A DNA stretch of 64,000 bases, from assembly GCA_030167865.1 (NCBI GenBank), contig JALAGF010003335.1, forward strand, positions 1-64,000. The letters run 5' to 3'. This DNA is from Craspedostauros australis (taxonomy: Eukaryota). The translations under genes and the position numbers were made by a program. Under the pieces are notes generated by a model. It made no database searches. It saw only the letters and a list, made by a program, of their open reading frames with translations, and had not been told where the DNA came from. Within the stretch, counting starts at the first letter, position 1; every line of letters starts with the position of its first letter. Positions 55,331-64,000 of the stretch are shown piece by piece.

Positions 55331-55794
55331 GTACTAGAAATGACCTCTTTGTTGGTTGCACGAGTATGGGGTGGCTTGGTATTGCATGTCGTGTCGTGTC
55401 GTGAGCAAGTGTGGTTGTCCTTCAAACTGGATCATCATCGTCAACGCACACGAGACTGAATTGAATTGAGTTGAGTTGGTCATAGCAGGAGAAAGGATGT
55501 TGCACAATCTTCGGGTGTGTATTTAGTCGAGTGCATAGTGTAATATAATATTTGTCATGGATGCTACAAGTACTTCGACGAGGCTGAGGTTGTAACAATC
55601 ATCAAACATCGTTGGATTGTTCGACTCGATGGACTAACAACGTGACCATGGCGGATTCTGCCGTTCGCCGTGTTTTTGTGATTGCAATTGCGCCAAGAAG
55701 AGTCCACAACCAACAATCGGAACCCACACAAGATCACAGACAACCCAGCTCTTACTCTTTTCATACTATTACTATACAAGAAGTAACGGCCACC

Positions 55795-56965
55795 ATGAGC
55801 AACAGAATGGCAACGACGGCCAATTCAGTCACAACGCGTCGACGCCGATCGACCGCCACCAGATCATCGTCGCGACGCAGCACGCGTGGCACGACGCAAG
55901 ACGAGAACCAGCAGCATGACAAACGCACCACCAACACGGTGGCCTGCGTGCCGATCATCTTCGGCAGCATCGCGTTTTACCTTGGCAAGAAGGCCGATGA
56001 ATTCCAGACGCATCAATGGACGTTGTTCGTGCGCGGACCCAACCATGAGGATCTCAGCCATTGCATTGCGAAGGTCGTCTTTCAGCTGCATGCCTCGTTC
56101 AGCCAGCCCACGAGGGAGGTCACGGATCCGCCGTACGAGGTCACGGAGCGCGGCTGGGGAGAGTTCGAAGCGCAGATACGGATAATATGGAAGGATGCGA
56201 CGGAGAGGCCCACCGTGGTGAGTGCGACGCTTTCATTGTTGGGGTTGCCATCGTCATTGGGTTCATGGTTGCTCCTTTCAAGACCGCATAATCTCCGCGG
56301 AACGAAGTCTGTTCTATAATACAATATGACATTCACATCTCTCTCACCGTCGCACCACGTGTACCAACATTTGCATCTGATGCACGCGACAGGTCAACCA
56401 CGGCATCAAGCTGTATCCGCCAGGCGCGCCGCGCAATGCCTTACCCAGCGGCGACAACATCCAGCCCGTCGTGTCCGAATCGTACGACGAGGTCGTCTTC
56501 ACGGATCCTCACGAATCCTTCTTCCGCCAATTGCAGCAGCTGCGGACCGCACCCAAATTGGAGATGGCCAATCGCGAGCATTTGGAGAAGTTCAGCGACG
56601 AGGACGTCTTCCTTGCCTTGGTGGAGGCCCAGAAGTATTTGAAAGAGCAGCTGTCGCAAACCAAAGATCGGTTCGTGCAAGTATCGAGCGAGTTGGAACA
56701 GACGGACATGGAGCTGCATGCGGCGCAGGAGGCGTTCGTGAAGAAGCAGCAGGCTGCCGCGGTGAAGGCCAAGGCAAGAGCGCCGGCCAAACGGTCGCGG
56801 CCCAGTCAGAGCAAGAAGGCAAAGACTGCTGCTGCCGCGGCGGGTGCGACTGCGGCTTCGGCAAAGGCGACCACATCGGCAGCGTCGTCCAAGGCCAAGA
56901 CAGGAGCAAAGACCGCCGCATCGACAGCGGCCACGAAAGCTGCGCCGACGACCAAGACATCATAA
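55795..56965 (+). CDS. YAF9: YEATS-domain protein (Yaf9/GAS41); two exons (55795-56217, 56393-56965)
   Basis: PIIFGSIA, THQWTLFVRG, KVVFQLHASF and PPYEVTERGWGEFE. The intron GTGAGT..GACAG at 56218-56392 joins the exons in frame (PTV-VNHGIKLYP); then SESYDEVVF and a coiled coil. Confidence 0.9.
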
Positions 56966-57423
56966 AGAATAAGATTCCTATTCATTCATTGGTTTCATCT
57001 CTCCAGAGAGACACCAGGAACATGCACATGATAAAGTACAAGTAATGTTCTGTTGTGCCTTGAGAGTATCGAAAGAGCAGAGACGAGGACTTGTTCTTGC
57101 GCAAATGCCTGTTTCGTTTGCTGTATGATTCTCGCAGAGTCCTCCATGTCAATGCATTTACTCTAGAGGAAGATGTGGTCATCTGCCACCCGCTTCCTCC
57201 ACTATCCGTACGTATCCCGAAATTAGTAAGCATCGTGGACGCAATCGAGCACCAATGTTCTGCTTTCTTCAGCTTGCGCAGATGTGCTTCCATCGCCCTG
57301 CGCTACCACACGATCACGCGCACATCCTATCACGTGCACTCTGGCACAATGTCGTCATATATGCTCATACTCGCACAGGGTGTCGTAGAGAATAGCATGA
57401 CGGAAAGAAAGCGACCACAGTAT

Positions 57424-58038
57424 TCACCGAAACCAAATCATCCCCTTCAAGTAATGATCCAACGCCACCTCAAAGTTGGTCGACGCGACATCCGGATGCA
57501 GGGCATCGTACATCGGCGACCGCACGACGTAGGTGACCCATATCTTTTCGTAGATATGCCGCAGGGCATCGCGCACGGCCGAGTTGACGGACGGCGAGGT
57601 CATGCCTTGATGTTGCTTGAGCGACGATGGATGATTGCTGCCGCCTCCGCCGGACGCAGGACCCGCAGCGCCGCCTGCCGATTGCGCGTTCTGGCTGTTG
57701 GACGCGGGACCGGACGGCGACGACGTGATGCCGTAGGAGGTCTCGGGCGTGGCGTACAGCGCGAATTTGAGGCCCGATGCGGTGTCGAAGTTGTAGAGGC
57801 ACGCGGCGCCCGTCTTGACCATCTGGACGTCGTCCTGCTGGCTGTCGGCCGGAGACAGGTTGCCGCACATCTCCTTGAGGGAGAAGAGCATTCCGAAGAC
57901 GAGCTTGCGCTGTTCCGACAGCCGCTCCTCCTCATCCGGATTCAGCTTCACCGGTGGTCCGCTTCTCGCCTGCACGTAGTTCTTCGTGAACAACGTCTTG
58001 CCCTTGCGGTCGAAGATGTGGAAGGAATGCACCGTCAT
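57424..58038 (-). CDS. BET5: TRAPP complex subunit Bet5/TRAPPC1 (sybindin family)
   Basis: FHIFDRKG, EQRKLVFGMLFSLK, FDTASGLKF and LRHIYEKIWVTYVVRSP. Confidence 0.88.
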   Translation of the reverse strand: MTVHSFHIFDRKGKTLFTKNYVQARSGPPVKLNPDEEERLSEQRKLVFGMLFSLKEMCGNLSPADSQQDDVQMVKTGAACLYNFDTASGLKFALYATPETSYGITSSPSGPASNSQNAQSAGGAAGPASGGGGSNHPSSLKQHQGMTSPSVNSAVRDALRHIYEKIWVTYVVRSPMYDALHPDVASTNFEVALDHYLKGMIWFR

Positions 58039-59554
58039 CGTTCTTCTATGGATGCTGCTGCTGCTGCGTGTGTCTATCTATTATACGAGATTGTGTGGTG
58101 TGTGCTCTATGTGTGTGTATCTTGCGGTTGTCACTGTGGTTGTGGTTGTGACTCCAATCGTGATGCTCTGTGTCATCCGGATACTCAAAGCGCGCCATGG
58201 TCAACTCTTGAATCCCTCTGTCTTCTTGTTGTTCTTGTCTTGTTTCGTCTTGTTTGTGTTTCCTTTCGCAATCAGCACAGGCGCCATTTACGAATAAAAC
58301 CAGTTGAAGAAGAACCACCAATTCACGCTAATGATTGAAGCTAGACTCTGAATGTCCGCAAACACAACAACACGAAAAACTGTTGTGCTCCACCCCTGCT
58401 CAAGACGACGAACACGGTCACAACACCAAGAGAAAGGGAATCATGAAGGGTGTAGAGACCAAAGAGTGTGGAAGATGCAGAAAGGCGGTATTGTTGCCGC
58501 TTGGGGACTATTATAATAGAGAGTAGAGTAGAGCAGAGCATGTGCCATACCATACGAGTGGCGCACATCGAGATGAAGCTGAGGAATCGTTGCAGTTTCA
58601 TCACCATCGTTGTCTCTTGCTTGCTTCCGGTTGAGCCTGAAGGGAGAGGCCACTTCATCCGCCATCTGGCTGCAGCACCGCGAGGATGATTTGGTTGGTG
58701 GTGGGACAGAGAGATGGGGCTGCTCCTGCAACTTCCTTCGCGAACGTCGGCCATCTGGCGAACCGCCAATCAACTCGCGCCGAACTGCGAACTTCCAAAA
58801 CTGATTTCTTCGGGTGCGTATTGCTTCGCTCTTCAAGGTTCCGAGGGTCACCCGTCGTCTTCGAGGCTGACTGGTCGAGGCGTTGGACACAATGGATACG
58901 ATGCATTTCCGAGAGCGGGGAAGAACTTGTGCCTGTGTATCATCTTGGTTGTTTGGGAGAGATTGACCATGATGCTCTCTCGTGAATTCTCCAGTCAATT
59001 GCGTCTGTGCTCGTGCACGACATCGACGTATCATGACCATCATGGTGGCAGCGGACAGCATGGAGAAAGGCAAGAGTTCCAGATGATGAAAGTGCACCAG
59101 CAGTTTTGATCTTGTAAATGTTTCCAATTATGATTAGGTTTGCATCAGTATCGACTCAATCGCGAGACATGTTACTGGTATCTGCGCAAAGTGACAAGAC
59201 AATCGCATTCGGCGGTGCACCGCCAATCTAGTGATTGTTGACAGTCGAGAGAGTGGCGGGCATCCAATCTGATGCCCTTGACTCGCCTTCACCGGATGTC
59301 CATCAGCATCACTGCTGTGCTTGGTCGGCTGTGTCCGAAGTCATCCCGACTGTGTTGTCCGCTTGCCTCCTTTGGCCGTCGTTGTTGTTGTTGTTATGGT
59401 CATTGTTGGTTGGATCCCCGGTGCGATCCTAGCCGCGGGCAGTTGTTGCTGTTGTGCACGCTTGTGTGCAATACAATGCCACGTTGAGTGCCATGGAGTA
59501 GATCAGTTGACTTGAAGTGTTGTTCACAAAAATGTCACGGATCCGGCCGGTTGC

Positions 59555-61622
59555 TTACTCGACGTTGTGCTTGGCGAGGACGACCTGCATGGACTCGATG
59601 AGGACGTTGGCCATGTCATCGAAGTCTTCGTCGTCCCACATCAGTGGCATTCTGCAGTCGACGGCGCGGGAGAGCATATCGGCAGTCTCTGGGAGCGGGT
59701 CCTCGGCTGGGGCGAATCCCCAGTTGACGAAATTTCTGGCGTTGGACTTGTGTCCGAAGAGCTCAACTGGAAGTCCGTGGGCGATGCACTCGTCAAGGAA
59801 CTCCTGGATCATCTCTTCGGTGAACTTTGGCTTGAGGTTTATCTGGACGGAGTCGTGGACCATCTGTGTGACTCCTGGGGTGAGCTGTGGCATGATGATG
59901 TGGTCACCGACGGCGGCCTCGAGCTTCTCGACAAGAGCGTAGTATCTGTTGTTGTACTTCTCGATTCTCTCGTCGAGGGTCTTGATCTGTGGACGGACGA
60001 CGGCGGCGGCGAGGTTGCTCATGCGGATGGAGTAGTTGGGGAGGTCGACTGGCTTGGTGCCGAAGGCCTCTGGTCCTGGGACCATCTTGTGCTTTCCTGC
60101 GAGTCCCTCGTAGGCTCCGGCGATGACGGCGGTCTGGGCGGCGATCTCGGCGTCGTTGGTGAGGAGGAAGCCACCCTCTCCAGAGTTGATCATCTTGTAC
60201 GACTGGGAGGAGACGGCGCAAGCCTTGCCCATGTGGCCGGTGTGCTTGTCCCCCCATCGGACTCCGAGGGAGTGGGCGCAATCCTCGAGGAGGACGGCGC
60301 CGTGCTCGTCGCAGAGGTTCTTGATGGCGGTCATGTCGGCGACCTTTCCGCGCATGTGGCTGATGAGGACGTGGTTGCAGTCTGGGTTGGCAATGAGCTT
60401 CTTCTCAAGGTCGGCAACGCTGATGACGTGGTCCATGTTGGACTCGACGTAGACGGCCTTACCTCCGGCGTGCTCGATGGCGGATGGGACGGCACCGAAT
60501 GTGAAGGCGTTGGAGAGGACCTTCTGTCCGTGCTCAAGACCGGTGGTCTTGAGGAGAAGCATGAGGGCGGAACCGCACGAGTTGAGGGCGACGCAGTAGT
60601 CGAATCCGGTGTACTTGGCGATCTCCTCCTCGCAGAGGGAGACGACGGAGTCCTCACCTGCCTTGACATTGTAACGGTAAAGACGTCCGGTCTTCATGAG
60701 CTCAAGGGCAGCCTGCTGACCCTCCACTGGGACTGGGTCTGGTGTCTTGATGTCGCGTGTGACGTAGGCACGGTCGACACTGTGGTGTGGAAGCGGCCAT
60801 GTGTGTTTGTGGTACGGTTGTTGCGTCGTTTTAGTGGTTGGTTGGGGTGAAGGCGAAGGGATGCGTGTGCGTGGGTGCGCATTTTGGCAGTTCGCGAAAT
60901 GAGAATGGATGGTGGAAGACAGAAGGAGATTCATGTGAGATACAATTTGTGTTGGATTGTGGATCGGAAGTGCCTCGAATTGGTCTGGCATTTGTCACGA
61001 GCAGGAACTTTGCGGCGAGTGGAGCTGCGAATTGCATTGCGGCTGACTGGGCTACACCATGGCCATCGGGAGTGTTCTGTGCTGCATTGGTTTGGTCGGT
61101 GAGAATGTGACTGTTGCCCCTTTTCTGTCATCGGCATCGCGGTGCGAATGCCAAATCCGAAAATGGAGTGCGCCCATTCCGATGCCCACCGATACCGTGT
61201 GGACATTCGTTCTCAAACCTTGGTGCCTGTACCCACAGTCATTGCCACCCCATCGCATGTCACCGGCCAAGGTGTGTGGACAGGCATGTGCCATGGGCAA
61301 TGAACGGACGATGCAGCAACTTTGCCGGCATTGTCACCGTTGTGCGCTGCCTTGCACCCCTGTCTCTTGCGTCATATCCAACACACTGGTTGCCGCGCAT
61401 TGCTTTTGTCTGCTTCGCTTTGCTTTGCCTTTCTTCTTCGCGCGCTCATTTTTCCGTTCTGCTCTGTCTTGGTCGCCGCATTTCACTTTAGTTATATTAT
61501 TGCGTTGCATTGCACTTGTTTACTCACTCCTTGGCGACTCCGGCCTTGCTGGAGACTGGGTTGCTCAAAAGGGCATCGGCAGAGATGAGGACTGTGGCGA
61601 GGGTGAGGAGAGAGAACTTCAT
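59555..61622 (-). CDS. PLP-dependent DegT/DnrJ/EryC1/StrS-family aminotransferase with plastid-type presequence; two exons (61622-61528, 60779-59555)
   Basis: GRLYRYN, ALNSCGSAL, LEDCAHSLG and SSQSYKMINSGEGG (PLP Lys). Exon 1, MKFSLLTLATVLISADALLSNPVSSKAGVAK, splices via GA|GTGAGT...CACAG|T in frame to D-VDRAYV. Confidence 0.88.
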
Positions 61623-63632
61623 TTTGGATGTGTGTGTTGATTGCTCGGTTGGAGTTGGTCGTTTTATGGCTTTGTGTTCTGTTGGGTTGTCTGTGATTTT
61701 GTGGAAGACCGATGTTCTGTCTTTGGACTTTACACGTGAGTTCCAGATCGCGGAGTTTTCGCGTTATCGCGGTGCTCCTGCTTGTTTCCGCGGACTGCCC
61801 TGTACCGCGGTCGTCGTGTTGGCGGAGCGAAATGTGAGGTGCCTCAAGATCCTTTTTCTGCAAAACAGGAGTCGGGGAAGACGTCGACGAGGTTTGGTTC
61901 TGTCAGGGCCGCGCGATCCAATTAACCAATGCGCGCTCCCTCTCGTGTTGAACCTTATGACGTAGCCACCCTACCACAGCCCACGTGCTCCAAGTGCCGG
62001 ACGAGTTCGGGACCTCTCGCATCCAACGAGGGATTGGCTTTCGATTCTTCCAGGGTCTTCGGCTTCCCTTGTCCGCCCACTGCGTGTCCCTCGTGGACGC
62101 CGGCACCATTCATTCTTGGGAGATTCCGGTTTTTCAAAAGGGGACCTCTCACACACCCAAACTCTCTGACAACATGACAACGACTCACGACCGTTTTCTG
62201 CGGAAGTTCAATCCGTCGCGCGTCGCGCGTTGCTCGCACATGCTCGTTTCTGGTTGGACAGAATGGGACCTCGACGTGGTCACACCGATGCGTCAGCTGA
62301 TTCTTCCGTTTCGTGCACCTTTCGCTGTCACTGGGTCATTGGTCTTTCTTCCTTTTCCCAGAAGTCGCTTTTATCGTCGAGTAACGTTCGCGCAACGGCT
62401 ACAATCGGAATTGCACGAGATACGAGATCGACCTCGACAGAGCAATCGTAGAATGCACGCATTAATCTAGAGATAGAGATGCAAACGAAGATGATGAGAA
62501 TCAGTCGTGCGATTACAAACACAAGCGGTGGGTGGTCTTGTCCAGTTCCGTCCAATGCAGTCAGGTTGCTATCACGCGGAATTTTACGAGCTATTACACA
62601 TGGCATATAATACACAATAGTACGACCTACTCTACTATACTTGATCCGATTCCTTCGTCCGTTCGCGGATGTTGCTCATGTTGCGGGTCGGCATTGTTGT
62701 CACAATTGATGCTGAAGTTACGAGGTTGTAGTTGCTGGTACTGTGACTGTTGGCACTGTTGCTGTTACCGTCACACACGACTTGCTCCACCCTGATCATG
62801 TTCGCACGTTGCTTCCCACCACGCGTGCTCAACGCAGTCCACCGATGCTCTCCTGTACTTTCGAGTACCTGCCATCTGCTCCAAGGACAACGAACACTCA
62901 ACACGGAACCATGGTCTTCCGGCGGGGCATCTGCCGTTCTTGCGAAAATGCAAGCGGCGTTGTAGCATTCGTCAACCGAGTGACGTTAAGTGGGGGTTTT
63001 CTTCCACAACACGTCGACACAAAGATGAAAAAGTCTCATAAACACGCACACACAAAGACACAGGCAGGCTCACGGCAACGAAAGGCCTGCCCACGTCATC
63101 CACACAACCGTTCGGTGTTGGGTGCGTTTACGGACTCTGCGTGCGTCCACTCTGTTTTGTCGTGTGTTTTTGATCGCCCCAGTGTCACCATCCACAACAA
63201 CTTGAAGGAGAAGACAACGTGGCTCATTCCTGGCCGCACAAATCTGCTGCTGGACAGAATTCAATCATTTTCACGCATCGTGACACCGTTGGCCTGTCAT
63301 GACAGATGGTCGCCCTTTGCCGATGCAAGAACAAATGCAAAAAGCGGAGGGAGAAAACGAATGCGATAATGACCAAAACGCGACAAAACGAGCACATGAC
63401 GAACGTCGATGCCGACCAATCACGATTGACGATTGTCGACCTCGTTCTGCACGGAGCGCCTGTCCATTCGTGTGAGTCGTGGAAGACCTGGACTTGGTTG
63501 ACGAAGAACGCAATAGTGTGGCATCAACGGAGCTAGAGAGAGAGGTTGAAAGTTACAACACATCTCAATGTTATCTATTATTAGAATATGGTATTATTAT
63601 ATGAGCTACGCGCTACGAGCGACAAGTACATG

Positions 63633-64000
63633 TCACTCACATCCACCACTCGCGGTGGTTTGACGCCTTAGTACCAAGATGGAGCAGCTTGGCGACGTGG
63701 TCGGGTGGATGCATTCCACTTCGAGGCCTGCTTCCGCCGCCAAGGCCTCCCATTCCCTTATCGTCCGTGCACTCTGCCGACCCACGAGGGCGAACTGAAG
63801 ATTCATCATCAAAAGGAACAGCTCATGCCGGGTTGATTCTTCGGTTCCCTCCACAACCGCATGGCCTCCTGCAAACTGTATCGGAGATGGCACTTCGGAT
63901 GTTCCCCTTGCGTTGGGAAGGACGGTTTCCGCAATCAAGATGCGTTTGCTGCTGGTATCCTCACTTTCATCTTCGTATTTGGGCTGAACCGATGCCTTCG
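63633..64000 (-). CDS. C-terminal part of a probable SAM-dependent O-methyltransferase (COMT/ASMT-like); gene extends beyond the window
   Basis: Frame open to the window edge; KRILIAETVLP...ARTIREWEALAAEAGL is typical of Methyltransf_2 C-termini. Confidence 0.6.
   Translation of the reverse strand, partial: KASVQPKYEDESEDTSSKRILIAETVLPNARGTSEVPSPIQFAGGHAVVEGTEESTRHELFLLMMNLQFALVGRQSARTIREWEALAAEAGLEVECIHPTTSPSCSILVLRRQTTASGGCE

Noticed and set aside
59211-59224. Perfect 14-bp palindrome GGCGGTGCACCGCC
   Set aside because: A single short palindrome is plausible by chance in 64 kb, with no repeats or associated element.
59567-60850. 427-aa ORF antisense to the aminotransferase
   Set aside because: Shadow frame produced by codon bias of the sense gene; no motifs. 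The same applies to many overlapping ORFs, e.g. 30660-31643, 44150-44743 and 57091-58338.
60780-61527. Possible TPP riboswitch in the long intron (GGTTTGAGA on the minus strand)
   Set aside because: Only a partial resemblance to the CUGAGA core, and I could not find the 3' half of the aptamer.
63633-64000. Methyltransferase as DSYB (DMSP synthesis)
   Set aside because: Only the C-terminal fragment is visible, and it looks like a generic COMT-type enzyme; no specific support.

Overview
Gene-dense eukaryotic nuclear DNA, most likely from a diatom or related photosynthetic stramenopile. The evidence is GT-AG introns, CA-rich 5' leaders, a bipartite plastid-type presequence and a signal-peptide-bearing proteasome alpha-like protein; the species cannot be determined from this sequence. 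I find 25 protein-coding genes. Three are spliced with frame-verified introns: a prolyl 4-hydroxylase, a YEATS/Yaf9 protein and a DegT-type aminotransferase whose signal-peptide exon is missing from the ORF track. I saw no rRNA, tRNA, CRISPR array or intact transposon. Most notable: (1) two diverged paralogues with long disordered arms and a C-terminal NTF2-like (DUF3804-like) domain ending HEHRTxGxPIPKxTRWS; (2) a truncated-globin-like protein apparently lacking the proximal His; (3) unusual fusions, TMEM42-like + RING + MYND and ankyrin + CAP_C; (4) a divergent V-ATPase c subunit with a loop insertion; (5) a PKG-architecture kinase with a cAMP-type binding cassette; (6) a CaaX-bearing GBP; (7) a likely periplastid proteasome alpha-like subunit. 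All family calls come from motif recognition by eye, not database searches.
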